DNA of 64,000 nt from Trichoplax adhaerens (Eukaryota; Animalia; Placozoa): the NCBI RefSeq assembly GCF_000150275.1, contig NW_002060944.1:1846911-1910910 (forward strand), written 5' to 3'. Both the position numbers and the translations under genes were made by a program. Below, piece after piece: positions 1 to 14,535 of this stretch. The notes beneath the pieces are model-generated. The model was not told the origin of the DNA and did no database searches. It saw nothing but the letters and a program-made list of their open reading frames with translations. How positions within the stretch are numbered: position 1 is the first letter of the stretch; the number at the start of each line of letters is the position of its first letter.

Positions 1-3000
1 AGTTAGCTATGGTATAAGAAACTTTTTCTACGGTGATCTCAGCGATGATGATGAAATAAAATGGACCAGTCGTCGCATGCAACACTGTTTAAAATTTTGC
101 GGAGATATCGATGTTGATAAGTTACTGGAATCAGACTTAAAAGAAATAACCAATCAAAGCCAACTCAACATGGAACCATCAACTCAACCCTTCGATTACC
201 GTATCCGAACATCTCAAATTGGACGGCGTCATACTATGAAATCTTACCGAAGTTTTCGTAGGGTAGGAAATATGGGTCCACTGCCACGATCGTTTCATAC
301 TGATAGCGAAATTGACAATGTCTTGCAACGTAAAGTTAGACGATCATCAGCAATACAAGTCACATATTCAAAAGTGAAAAAGTTGGTAAAAAACGTAAGT
401 CTTGTCAACTCTGATATACTGTATAAGCAACTTTATGGAATAATTACAGCTGACTAGAAACGAAACATTTCCGAACAACTATCGTCTTTTACTGGGAGTA
501 ACAGATGGAATAATTATTCTTAGAAATCGTCACACGATCGAGAATACAAAGTAGAAGAGGAACAAAACCTACGATTAAATGATGATATTGAGGTATTATC
601 AGAATTGCCATCGAGTATCAGTAGTAACATCGTAGCTTAAGAGGATTAGTTTTAAGCTATTGATACTAAATATGTAAAACCATTTGTATTGGTTAGTATT
701 ATCCATTAACGAAAGAAAAATTAAATAGTAATAAACGTAATTTTTTACCCATCATCCAAAATTTTAACATTGTAATACACATCTAAAATTTTTTTAAAAT
801 TTAGCTAAAAGAATTAAATATAAAAGAACCAGCTTCCATGATAGCTAGCCAAGAAGAAAATCTTCAACGAAGTTTAGATGTTATTGCTGTAGATTCACAG
901 CATTATTCATCTCCGCGGACTGCTGCTTCTGAAGATCAAATGGATACCTTCAGTATAGCCACTTATACAACAAATCAAAGTTCGGAAAGGTAGATCTTAA
1001 AATAAAATTAATTTCATCTAGACGTATTAAAATAATTTAAATTAATTAGTATGAATGTTAACTAATCAATCCCTAATAAGAAAATATATGACAAAGCAAC
1101 ACATTCTATGAATGATCTTTGTAATATGTTTTTATTTACGGCTACTCATGGCTCGTAGCCCTCACAGTGAGGATCGTTATGTTCTCTAGTGCGACACTAG
1201 GTTAATCACGCAATACTGGGTTAGACACTGCAAAGTAGCCTGAAGCGTGGAGTCGACTTCTTTATTCTAATTCCTAGACATTACCGGTCTATCATACATA
1301 ACAAGGATGAACAGCTAAATATACCTGTTCTCTTATTACACGCGATCCTTGCCTTTAACTATTACATTAACATCTCAACTAATACCGTATGAGCAGCGTA
1401 CAGTACAGTACAGTACATTAGACCATACGAGAATATGATCTAGCGTACGTTATACAGCTATCTCCCATCGCAATAACGTCTAACGTACGTGTACAGTACC
1501 ATGTCCTAAATCTTTAGCCAAATTTGTAATAGTACGACCGTACTAGTAAGTTATTGCACAGGCCTTTCTTTATTGAATGCTTATTTCAAGTATGTGTGTG
1601 CAAATACAACTGGGTATCAAGGTGGTTACGTTTACTTATAATACCTTTTCTTGTAAGGCCTATCTAATCGGGTGATACAGTCATAATACTTAGTATGACA
1701 AAGTTTATACTGTACTATACTAAATTTGCATCTTAAGTTAGGTTTCTCAAAAAGTGAGATATTTTTTCAGATTTGCACGTCTCTTTGTTGTGCTTACTTC
1801 CAAGTGTCTTATGTGCAAATCCCTGGTTGTACTCTTTGTGGATCTGAACCTTCAAGCTAGAGAACGTGATTTTTCACACCTTAAGATACCACGATAATCA
1901 TAATTATAATTAGTGATTTGAGGGCAAAAAAATCACATTTATTGCTTTTAAGAACAATAACATAGTCTTATTGACGAATTTCTTCGCGTTGAAATAGTAA
2001 ACAATAGATTCAAAATTAATTTACTTATTCTATCGATTTTATGAATAAAACACTAATTCCAAATAGAGAAAATACTATTACGTTCATAATATGTAGTTTT
2101 CCGTTATGGCAATATCGAGTAATGCCGACATTAATTGAAGAAGTACAGCTATGGGTATATGAATTAATTGTTATTAATGATCCAAATCAATATATAACAA
2201 GGGCTGCAACACATTCTTCAAATAAAAAGAGTATCAGGAGAAAGGCCTTTGCTATTCGTCCATCCAAAAGCTTTACTTTGCCTCGAGACCGACAGCTTCA
2301 GAGAGAATATGGTAAGGGTATAGTTGGTAAGGCATTAAATCGAACTCTGCGACGGGAAAGATTGAGCTCTTCTTTATACAAGAAATTCGACAAGCTTGAT
2401 AATCACAGGTAGCTGCATCCTTAACGTTAGATTTGAAGATATTCAGTACTAATAATTAGCAATATCACCGATATGCTGAATAGTGTACGCTGTACATTGC
2501 ATCTCGTTGAAATTTATCATTTTACTTTCTACTAAGTCTTTGATTCACCTTTATACAGTAGCATCCTTATTATATACTAGTTTATCAGTGAACTGATTAC
2601 GTAATTATGTTACTGGATAAAACGCGGATACGTATCTACATCTACTAATAGCCGTAAGATCAATGATTTAATTAACTTTATGTAATGCGCAATTGCCTAT
2701 ATTACTGATTTGCTTACAAAACATAAGGCCATACTTTACATATTGGGTATCAACCGTTCAAGTAATTGTATTGATCGTTTCACTTGCGTTGCATGGATTT
2801 GCTCCGGTGGGTTTTAACAGGACTAAATTTACTGCATTTGTAAGTTACTATTGTAACATCTCATATTAAAATACAGACTTCGGCTCATTTCACAATTTGT
2901 AAAATCATAATGAATAAAATTTCTCTATAATGTGCGTACACTATCATATCAATAGATTCAGAGAGCTGATGGTACGAAAGAGGAAGTTTCCTTTTATGAA

Positions 3001-6000
3001 AATGATAATTTTTGGATTGGCCCTAGACAAGTTAGTATGTGATATCGGTGACAAATTTCACTGAAACTTATTCTTACGTTTATGATAGTGGTAATCCTAT
3101 TATAACGTAGTGCATGCCGAAACGAATAATCTTTTACGTATCTATAAAAGTAAGAAGTATGAGAATAAACGATGATAGTACAGCTACACAATGTAATATA
3201 AGACAAAATAAATTTCGCGATTATTGGTAACGTTTTAACACATATTTACTAAAGATAGATTTATTTCTTACCGCTAATTAAACATTTTTGAGTATTGCGC
3301 TAACTAATCGGCAGAATGATTTAATCCATCTTGGAGCAATGTTTTCACCTTGTATGAGATCGGATGTTAAGATTACGCAGACAATCTCTTTGGATAGACA
3401 GGAAGAAAATCGTACTGGTTGTTGCATATCTTTGGATAAATCTGGCTGTGTTCAAAGATCTAGATTGCAGTGCTCGGTTAGATTTTAAATGCTATATTTT
3501 AATATATTTTCATGTAATTATGCTAGCTTGTGACTGTCGCAGACTACTCTCCTAACAGAGTATAAAGCAAAGTATTGTGTTCTTCTAAGTTGCTACTATC
3601 AACTACTATTCTAGTTTCGGCCAGAACTACCCTTATAGACTACAGTCACACAGACAAACTTCACAGCGTCGAGCTACTTTTACTTTATTCCAACTAATAC
3701 GACCAACGCTATTTACTCACGTGAAAATTACAAAATCAGTTACTAACGAGCAATTCTCGTAATTATAAGTCAAAAACAAAAGTTTAGTCGACCTAACCTA
3801 TATAGGCAGAAATCTACTAGGACACAAATACTTAACTTATACCACTATTCATGGTATATTTGCACCGTGACTGTGACTTAAATTTATGTAACTTTCATTT
3901 CAATTATAGGAAACATTCTCATTATTTCACAAGTGGTCAGCGACTAAACCCAGTTCTACAAGTAGAACATCCGGACCAGTTTGTGGAGAAGATCCTAGGT
4001 ACTAGCAATTGGAGCAACGTTGATAACACGATAGATCTACGTAATATTACTCTTCGTTTTGACGTCCTAGGCAACTGTAGAAGTACAGAGCCTTGAATAT
4101 TTAGAAGAATTTTTATTGTCGAAATGAGATGCAATAACAAATACGATATTATTATTTCATCCTTCCAATACAGAACCTGTAAGGTTCCAGCATCAGTAAA
4201 ACCTTTCCAATGGCCAGACGATATCACAAAATGGCCAGTAAGTGTGTCTAAAATTAAAATTATTTATTATATATTGCTGGGCTGAAATTTTTGCTAAAAA
4301 TTTATTTTAATAATTATACATATAAGTATAATTGCCTAGTTGTTTACACCATTAAATGTCTATTAAGGCTTTATTAACTAAAACTTTGTTATCTACAATT
4401 TCTTTAGTCGTGTAGTAGAATGCTATCAGTAAACTATTCTCGAGAGCGTATGCCACATATGACTTGTCGTGTATTAGGCCGGCCATGTTGTATTGGGAGA
4501 TTTGGCAAATGTGAAATTGTATCCGCGGAGTACTGCAATTACAGAAGAGGAACATATCATAGGAATGCCTTTCTCTGCTCTCAGGTTAATTGTTTAGAAA
4601 GTTCTTGCGGTTTGGTTAAATTTCTAAATCCTACCGTACCAGATCAGTTTTACAGATTTTGGATATCTTTATTTCTTCATGCTGGGTAGGTTAGCTAATA
4701 TTCCTAAATTATTCTAATGTTTTTTTGTATCCTATGGAGTCATTATCTATACTAACACCTTTATAACATTGAGAATTGTACATGTTAACATGAAAATAAT
4801 ACTAAAATCATTACTGCGTATCTTGCACCTATAGGGTCTCTTTTGTCTCTATATATACAGTAACTGAAGTCTAATTAATCTGATAATTTAAAAGATTACT
4901 TCATCTAGGCGTGACTTTGTTGTTTAATCTAATAATACTCAAAGACTTTGAAAAGATGGCTGGATGGCTGAGGATAAGCATAATTTATGTTCTGAGCGGA
5001 ATTGGCGGTAACATAATTAGTGGGATTTTATTGCCATATCATCCTGAGGTAGGACCCTCATTTACGAATTACTTGTGATAGTTGTGAAGGCCATAAAATG
5101 ATACATTTCTTTTGTTTTCGTGTAAACACTAGTTTAACGTCCTATCGCTTCGCTTATAGAGATATCACAATTTTAATGTAATAACTGGTAGACCCTCGCT
5201 CACGATTATCATACGATTTTGAAGTTACGTTTTGCGCCTAATATGCATAAAATTATAGCATACCAAACCAAATATAAGTCATAATTCGGTTAGCTCTCGC
5301 TAGTTGAGCAGTCAGGCCTTATGTAGATTTGAAGGCGTATCAAATATGCTAAGTAAAAGAATGAGGTGCTTTAAAATTAACCTTAACAGATTGTAACAAA
5401 GCAGGAATTATATTCAGAGTTTCTATAGCATAGAGCGGTCTTTCTTTAATTTAAGAAGTTATAGGTTTTTTGTATCCAATCATCGATTTACTCAGTTTTT
5501 ACACTCATTCTCAGGCTGCAGTTTCAACACGCTCTTTAATCCTATTCAGTTTCTTGCACGCTGTCCATTTGCTCACGTACTTACGATACAGTGCAGTACA
5601 AGGCGAGCACTGTTACTGTAACACTAAAACTCTTAATTAACGCGTTACGCTAGGGTTTATTAAACATTGCTTAATTCTATGTTTATAATATTACCGTCCC
5701 GTTACAACTTTAAATTCCATACTTAAAGCTTGGGACTTCACAAAACTGATCACGTAGATTTTGCAGTCAATCCCCAATTTTTCAGTTCAATCTTCTACTT
5801 TCTGTATGTGGATGAGTTCGACGAGTTTAAGAATATTTATATTTTACTATTTTAATAGTTTTTCTACTTTCAGTCACGATCTGCCTTAGTATGCCAGATG
5901 TATCACTATATGAAGGTGCTTCTTTATGTTATTATAGATTGGTCCGTCTGGATCAAATTTTGGAATAGTCGCTTGTTTATTCGTGGAGGTATTCCAAAGC

Positions 6001-6360
6001 TGGCAGATTCTTAAACGGCCTGTTAGAGCTATTGGTAAACTGGCAGTAATCGTCCTCGTTCTATTTATTTTCGGATTATTACCATACGTTGATAATTTTT
6101 CACATTTTGGAGGTTTTATTTTCGGCTTGTTTCTAGCTTTTGCAATTTTACCCTATGTGAGTTTTGGTAAATGGGATCGCAGAAGGAAACGGCTGCAAAT
6201 TATAATCTCAATTTTTATAGTGGGTGGATTGTTTTGCGCGATATTGTTTATATTTTATCGTGGACGACCTTTTGAATGCAAAGTTTGCAGATATTTAAAT
6301 TGTATCCCTTTTACGGATCATTTTTGTAAGAACCTGGGTCAAAAACTAGAGCTATTTTGA
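1..6360 (+). CDS. RHBDF: iRhom / inactive rhomboid protein (multi-exon, 5' end outside window)
   Basis: Spliced exons give the iRhom homology domain ([46 protein letters not shown]...CSQVNC), [22 protein letters not shown]|IGPSGSNFG (GPx motif) and DNFSHFGG, ending [14 protein letters not shown]. Last exon 5938-6360. Confidence 0.95.
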
Positions 6361-7695
6361 TCCACAAGTATTTGTAGTTCGTATGATGAAACTACCAGTC
6401 CGTTCTATTAAGCTTTTTGAATTTCCCTTTTATTCATAGACCCGAGTTAAGTATATTATAGCATGTGATAATAACACTCAATGAAGAAACCGTGATGACT
6501 GAATAAGATATAGCATGTACATCGTTGTATTCTCTAATTAGTTGTTAACGAGGAGGAATAGATATAGATACACTCTATCTAGTAAGCTTATTAAATCTGC
6601 CTTTATTTAAGAGTCATGTACAAGTCTTTTATTAATAGCATATTACTAGGTTCTCGAATTGTGGCAGCCGTAATACGTGTATTGTAGTTTAAATTAATTG
6701 AATGTGTTACGATTTTGCTATGGTTTTTCGCCAAACTTTTAGTCTCGCTCCGGTTATCTGAGAGTTTAAAACCATTTGTGCGCTATAAATCTAACAATGA
6801 CCAACCAGCGTGCGTAGCAATGTTCAAGACATAATACTATTACTACATACAATTACGGCTGTTGCAATGAAGTTATTTCTACGAAGAATTTGCTTGTTAT
6901 AAATGTTAATTTTACCAAGATATAAAGGTGCTGTTAACAAATTTTGTAAGTTATTATTAGAGATGGCAAATTCCGGCCCTCTAAAGTTGTTGTTACTGAT
7001 ACGTTGTAACGAATATTAAAGCTATGATGACAAAACTATTTAACTACTTCTTTGCTCGCTTCAGTACTTTACTACATGTTGCTAATATATATACTTTAAA
7101 CGAGTTGAGCCTGAGACTATAATAAACATACGTGCATGCCTTAAGCAGACCTATATACCACCTTACCTTGCCACCACAGTATTGTACTTTGCTTCGGTAA
7201 TACTTAAATACAATTTTTTATAAATATCATACAGATATTTAAAGTATTTAAAGTATTATATCAAAGTTTACGGTCTCTATTAAACACACACGCGAAGTAT
7301 CACGAACAGAATAACTTAGAGCTTACAGTAGGCCCAATCATTTCCCTATAACATATCCAGAAATGCTGCTAAAGCAGCTCTATACCTTCAAAATAATACA
7401 CTTGTTCAAACGTATCTGCCAGTTCTTAACAAAATTAATCAGATTTCGCCGTACACTTATCTTAGTTTCGTTAAAACTTGGCAAATTTGTATGGACAAAT
7501 ATAATAAAGATATATAGCTGTTTCAACAGTATTTTTGGAAATATCACAGGGAAATGACTAGCGTTTAGTCAGTAAAAAGTCACAGATTTATTGCTATACA
7601 GTATAGTACAATATTATATTACAGTATTAATCTGGTAAATAACTATATATACAACTAACGCTATCTTTGTAATGGATTATCCAGATTAAAATATT

Positions 7696-7830
7696 AAAAA
7701 TGTCGTGTCCGACTATTTTCGCGGCGATATTACTATACACTACAACCGTATCTGTACACCATACTGTGCAAAACCAACCTGGCGGCTAAAATTTGGAGGA
7801 CAGTCGTGTACACTATATAGTATAGCGTAT
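7696..7830. mobile_element. Degenerate remnant of the MITE family seen at 59730-60014
   Basis: 7754-7798 GTACACCATACTGTGCAAAACCAACCTGGCGGCTAAAATTTGGAG closely matches 59837-59879 GTACACCGTACTATGCAAAACCAACCTGGCAGCTAATTTGGAG. The flanking AAAAATGT..CCGACT(A)TTTT and AGTATAGCGTA are also shared. Confidence 0.7.
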
Positions 7831-8167
7831 AGTATACATCACTAGTAGCTAGGTAGGTGCCGTAGGTCGACTTCTGAACGCTTTAAAGTATCTTGCATTA
7901 AAGGCTTAAAATGAAACTTATTGTAAAGCAATAGGCATTAATCTAGAGATTCTGCTTGGTTTATTTAACATGAGAAACGTATGAATTTATAGAATATCAA
8001 AAATTGCTGATATAGCAAGATGTATTGTATTCAGAAATTTTACAGTTCGATAATGTTGAGTAGGTAACAATTAAGCAAGACATTTCAATCTTAATTTAAT
8101 CTTAAAATCTTGTGCTTAGTAGATCCCTTTAGTTACAATTTAGTAATACAGTATATCAGTAGCTTAT

Positions 8168-11100
8168 TCATATGTATTCAATGTATGCCGTCGGAACGTA
8201 ACCGATATCCTCATTTATTTGCACTTTGGTCCACCCTGTTTGTCCTGTGTCTTCTTCTAAAACAAACATTTGAGTTCCTTCGAATACAGTCAATTCTCCA
8301 GAGCTGGTACCTATTAGAAGGTATTCGAAACGAATTATAGATGCTAATGGTCTTTGTATAACGTAGAAGCATAGCAATATTACCATCAAAGTCGTAGAGG
8401 GCTTTACATATTCGATAATCAGAGGTAAAATTTGCAATATCAGTATTATCTTTCTTCACAATCAATTCATTGTTACTTGAAGAAATGTCATTCGCCATCG
8501 TTGAACCCATATCCGACGTATCAGAACGCGTATCGCATTCAACGCTATCTTCGGGGATCATTTTAGGAAAATCAGGAGGAAGTAATTTGTCGATGTCAGC
8601 TATCATTACCTAGATATGCATAGTACAGAAAAGCATCTTTCGTAATTGGCACACACAATAGGTAATATATGCAAATTTACGAAGAAAAATCAGAATATCA
8701 GCAATGACTCCTTACTTGCAAATTATAGCGTTCCGTATTCTTCTGGTTGATTTCTCGAGCGAGGTAAATTAACTCTTTCTTAACCTTGTTAACATCACCA
8801 TAGTTCGGATTTTCGGAATAAGCGTTGTAAAGTTTTAGGGCTCCGTTTCTATGCATAACATGACAGGTTTAGCTAAGCGCTGGCGTATATATAAAGAGGA
8901 AACATCATTTACTAGCGATAGTAAAGTAGCTAACCTATTTCTATTTAATTGTTCTAGAGCAGTTTCAAGTTCCGTGATTTTGGTTAAAGCTTTTTTCTTT
9001 TTCTTCTCAGGTGGATAGGCTTCATAATCCTTGTCATCTTCCTTTTGTAATATTGCATATGAATGAAGCATGTGAGTACATTTTCGAAGTTTCGTGTACT
9101 TCACGAAAAACAAACCTTCTTTTTTTTAGAAAAAAGTCCAGTTACGACCGAAAATCCAGCCGCGATACTGAGCTTGTTTATTTCACGATTAGAGTTTTCT
9201 TTATATTCTTCAAATACTAGGTCTTCTGGTAAGACAAAATCCGATCCATTTTCACTCGCTACCATTTCGGCATCCTGTTATTCAAATTCATATTAATTTT
9301 CTGATACTTACTTTCAGGTCAATGTTCATCTGTTACCTTTTCAGCGTCAATCGATTGTTGGATTGTTGTCATTTTGTCATAAATATTACTTAATGACGGT
9401 AAATTATTCTTATACACTTCAATATATTCACTTAGATATTTACTGATTTCGTTTGTTCTGTTAATATCGCAACGTTGCATGTCCTAGTATGTATAAAATT
9501 TACTTCCCATCGTGTAGAAGAGCATCTTAATGAATATATTCTTACAATACCAATAGAGTCTAAAGCTATTATAGATAGAAATCTAGTATCGATTTATAGA
9601 AAATACTTTTAAGATGTCAGGCAGATAAGTTCCATAATGCAATGCTTTCCTTTCATTAGCTTGACATAGTTTTTCTTTAGTCTCGATTTTGCTATCTTCG
9701 GCAGCTTTTGCTTTGGAGGCGGCAGTGTTTCTCATCTTCATAAAGTATGGTAAGTAAAGCAAAATTCTAAATTAAACAAATTCAGTAACATTTAATAGCA
9801 TGAACGTTCGCAAAATTACTTTATCCAGTTGCGCTTTCGTTGATTTCGTATCCGCTTCCGCGTTGTGAAAAGTTTTGGTTGCTATTTCAGCCTCCCTACA
9901 AGCACGCTCATAATTCTTTTTACTCTATACAATTCGACAAGATATTTACGATAAAAATAGATTAACTCAAGAATAATAAGTTATGTATAATTAATACCGG
10001 TACTATAAACATTTAAACGTAGAACAAGTAGTTACAATAACGAATTATAAATCTTCAATTTCATTAATTACATGTCCGATGTATTAAATATATCGAATTA
10101 TTTCAGCTTGACCGTAATCGATTTTAATAGTAGGACTATTGACTGTATCGCTATTTGATATGAAGGTAAGCTATTAAGGAAATATTCTAATTATGATTAG
10201 TTAAAAGTGGTTAATCAGGATTCTGATCGTACCATATAGAGCGGTATATCTTACTACGACAGCACGATGATACGTTACCTACTATACAGCGACATTTGAC
10301 TTCAATTTTTTAGCTATTCAAGTTGATCATTAAAACATCAAGTATTCATTTACTCAATTTTCATAAACATACCATAATTTAACAATGCTCGTTTAAATTT
10401 TAACTTAGTGAACAAATATATTACAGTGTGGAATACGACTGGAATTTAGATGTTATAGGACAGGATTATTCACCGTACCGTCTCTGCTGCCTTGTAGTGG
10501 GATTCCAGTTGAGATTTTATAGCTCCAATGTCAGTCGTATGCTGTATCAATAAAGTTAAATTAAGTAAGTGTGCTAGGCTGAAATTATATACAACTTTAT
10601 ATATTTTATAGTAGGAATAATAGAAACTACCAATCTTCTAACGTTCTTCAGTTCTATTAGCAGTGAATTTAAAGGTTTTAAGACTCTTTCTACCAGCTGA
10701 TCTACCATGAGTTCATGCTCGGATGCGATATTTTCGGTTTCATTGATTAAATTGTTAAATGCCATGATAGCTGTGCCTCTAAAATTTAGAATTGAGAAAG
10801 TTTAGTTCATATCAAGATATGATTACACTGCCGATTTATTTGCAATGCTAAACGTAATTCTTTCTTAGCCATTTAGGCAGTTAAAGAATAGATAAGCAAG
10901 TCATATGCGTCCATGAATCGAAGTGAGTATTCTGAAACATGGTTGCTTTGTGAGAATTTGGCATCATCAAATCATGATTCTACGGTACATCGATCATACT
11001 AGCAAATGAGTAGTACGGCAGGGAGAAGGGTAGACGATGCTTTTCTGTGGTTGCTTGGTTATGTGATTCTAATATATCAAAGCATCTAGTTTTATTAAAT

Positions 11101-13997
11101 AACTCCATGCAAGTTTCTCATTTTGTAGTTAAAGAAGTTCTCGGTTGACGAATAATAAATAATATCATATTAAATAATCATTTGATCACCAAATGAAATG
11201 TAGAAGTTATCGCTTATTCTCCAGAATTTGTACAATTAATGACCGAGTAATGTGTGAACGATTAATTGCCTGAGATTTAACAATATATAATAAATTTGCA
11301 TAGCACGAATGTAGCCAAATATAATTACTATCTTTTCATTAGTTCGTGTGATGAAATCGATTTCCTGATAATTAAGCAAATTTCATACTAACACATGCCT
11401 GAAGTCGTTTGAGACAATGGCTCGAAGAGGACGTATACACTGTACAGTAATACATCGTAAAGTTTATGACCCATTCAGAGAGCTCATACCGGAAATACAG
11501 TACAGTATAATTCTGTGCACAATATTTAACATCTAGGTGATAATTCGTAAATGTAATGGAGATTACATATCAATTCACTATATTGTCAATAAATTCGATC
11601 AAATCAGTTTGTTGCTGTGGAAGTAACTAATAAAAATTTCTTCTTCATATTCTTTTAACAGTAGTCAAACCTGTTCGCGCTTCTAATGAGCCTAGGCAGT
11701 TTATATCGTTAGTACTGACCACTTTTTTAGAAGGCAGAATGCACGAGTGTGTAAGCGACTGCTTCATTAATAGTTTAATATTACGGGATATTGGTTTCAA
11801 ATAGCACTTCTACGATGCATAGCAGAATCGTTTTTTACAGAAATTCGTGTATCACCACCGACATAACAATGCATTGATACTTAAAAACCAATTTCTAGAT
11901 AACCTATAAGTGACCTCAAATTCTGTGTTCGTAACCAAAAATGCTTACGTTTTATTTCGTTATCATATGATATTGTTCTTTCTCATTACTACGGTCAAAA
12001 ATAAGATAACTGTAATCTTACTAAGCAAGCCTAATAGGCTAATTGAGATTTGTTTTTATCACATGTTGATTCGGCGGATTTATTTTAGCGGAATGTTTTC
12101 TATTTTCTGCTTGGTATCTGTTCTATTAACTATGCGCGCATTACTGCGCTAAAAGATTCACCATGTCTTTAAAGCAAGTTCTGGACTATCAGAATTTATA
12201 AGTATTTGGCATACATACGCAAGCGTGTGTTATAAGTATTAATTGCTCTATCGAGCTGTGTCGCCATTTATCTGCGGCATGTTTAGTTTGTATCAAAGCT
12301 TCGCATAAATCTGAATAGTGATTCTGAAATGGTAATGATAATTACCACGATTGTTTCTGAAAAAATTGATCAAGGTTGAATACATGATCACAGTTCTATC
12401 GATTGATTTCATTTACATTTCAATTAAATTGTGTATATAGCAGCAATAATAAGGGACAAAGTACATTACCAGTATAGAGCATAATCAAATCTCATAATAG
12501 ATCAGGAACTTCCCGATTTTTTACCCAATAGGCCTGCGAGATCCCGCTGAGATGAAGGGGCATGACTCATGATTACGAATTACGGACTAAGGACTTGAGT
12601 AAGGCATGATCTCGAATACTATACATCCTAAATCAAATAGCCTAGAAAATAGTACGGAAAGTGAATTACTTACGCATCCCTTAATTTATAACCCAGAACT
12701 TCAATCGCTCATTGTTCAATTTCTCCGTACTTGATTTCTTTACTATTTAAATTATCAAGTTTTGGCGTCTGCAATCATAGCTGACAGTCTTAATGATAAC
12801 TCAATATGGAGCAATAGAACGATAACTTAATTTATCGGTCTTTCTGTCGTCACATTTTTACTCATTAACGCATCAATCATCCCATCCGTCCAAGGGTTGT
12901 GAAATACCCATATTTCGATCTCGTCTTCAATTTTAATATGGTTCAGGTCAATTATAAATATAATTGTATAACTTTGAGGACATCTCTAGATTCAACTGAC
13001 GATACACGCAATTTGAATTAATTAATTTACAGCTAATGCAGTAGGATCTCTATATTTATGCAGACATGAATAGCATTTACTCACGTGAATTCTATCTTTT
13101 CAGAATTTTACCATAGACTACTAAGTTTTAGTGTTTAAGGCTGTACTTGAAACAGTATCAGTAGTAGTAGTATCTTACAAACCAATAGTCATACAGTCCT
13201 GCAGTATATAATCACAGGGCATTTGGTGCACACAGTATTTCGTCATAACTTAATAAGTTATATCAGAATTGCACTTGTGATTCCTTCTGCCATATCAACG
13301 CTTTACTATATATAGAAGTTATTGATTACATCAAGTAGTATTACTGTACGTTTACTGTACAGTATGTGTACAGTATTAATAATGCAGTACTGTACAGTAC
13401 AGTCAACGAAATCAGGGTGAAGTACAGTATGAGAAAGCAAGTTTTTTAATGTCATATAGTATTTCTAATACCGACCTTCCTTCTAAGAAATCATCTTTCA
13501 TTTGACGGCCCTTAGCTGATTTGATCAATTTTCTGTTGTATCCAATAGAAAGTTTTAAAGCAGATTACATATTAATCAAATACTAAATTTGCTATATTGA
13601 TGCTGTATATATACTGTACCTTAGATCCTTCGCATACATACTTTCCAGGTTACTTTTCTTTTTAACAAAGTTAGCTATTCTGTCTACAAAATCCACTGCT
13701 GCAGCAGTATGTTTTCCTAATGCATCGGTATCACCCTGTAAGGTTATAACATTTATAATTAATCATACATGTACTGTATTATCCAAATGACGTCCATACC
13801 AACTGATGTTAATATGAATCTTGATGCTTCGACAAACTTTTTGACTTTCATTAAATTTTTAAACATCTAAATGCTCAATAATATAATTAATCTATTGGCG
13901 TACTTCAAGTACAACACAGTCTTAATACTCGCATTAATGATTTCCTTGTACTGTACAATGTACATACCAATAATTGGGAACTCCATGTCAGATCCAT
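8168..13997 (-). CDS. F-BAR/HR1/SH3 protein, CIP4/FNBP1/TOCA1 family (multi-exon)
   Basis: Exon 1 MDLTWSSQLL (ATG 13997); exon 2 GDTDALGKHTAAAVDFVDRIANFVKKKSNLESMYAKDL; AFNNLINETENIASEHE (F-BAR); DYEAYPPEKKKKKALTKITELE (HR1); CKALYDFDG|TSSGELTVFEG...GWTKVQ...GYVPTAYIEYI* (SH3). Confidence 0.92.
13341..13430. repeat. CAGTA/TACTG pentamer array in a 5' intron of the F-BAR gene
   Basis: ttactgtacg tttactgtacagtatgtgtacagta...gcagtactgtacagtacagt. Confidence 0.8.
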
Positions 13998-14219
13998 GAT
14001 TAATCCTTTTAATAATGTGGTGTTGAAATCTAATACAGTGATACAGTCTACAAAACTGTACCACTACAAAAGATACGTGTATAATCTTACAAGAAAATCA
14101 AACAGATACTGGCAGGTCCCCAAAATTTATTACGGTACACTATGCAACGTAGTGACCCTAGGGCGTCGAATCGCGGTCATCGAAGAGAAGTTTTCTTCTT
14201 TTGCTCATGCCCGGCGAAA

Positions 14220-14312
14220 CTGTACTGTACACTCAGTGTACAGTACACTAGAGCTCTTATACTGTATACAGTATAGTACAGTACAGTACAGGTACCCGCG
14301 AATTCTACAGTA
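14220..14312. repeat. CAGTA/TACTG pentamer array upstream of the F-BAR ATG
   Basis: tgtactgtacac...tactgtatacagtatagtacagtacagtacag. Confidence 0.85.
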
Positions 14313-14343
14313 AACAGTCAAGTTATTACGAAGGGGTACATGA

Positions 14344-14535
14344 TAGGGATGTGCAAAGTCAACCCGAAACCTGTCTAACCCTTTAAACCCGACTCGAAGG
14401 CGCGATTCGAGATAAGAATTTCTACGGTGATACAGTGTCTGTATAGCGATTGCACTCATTTCGGGTTAGAAAATCAACAATTTGATCGAGTTTTATCGGG
14501 TTCGGGTTACCATTTCACTCCATTGCACAACACTG
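14344..14535. mobile_element. 192-bp non-autonomous hAT-type MITE
   Basis: Imperfect TIRs TAGGGATGTGCAA / TTGCACAACACTG. Perfect 8-bp TSD GTACATGA at 14336-14343 and 14536-14543. Subterminal AACCCGA repeats on the left and TCGGGTT on the right. Confidence 0.88.

Noticed and set aside
12219-12990. Chain of splice-site-bounded segments on the minus strand inside the 2.7-kb F-BAR intron (nested gene, or selenoprotein with in-frame TGA?)
   Set aside because: Multiple stops including TAA in the joined frame, one implied intron of only 46 nt, and no recognisable homology or SECIS. A decayed pseudogene cannot be excluded.
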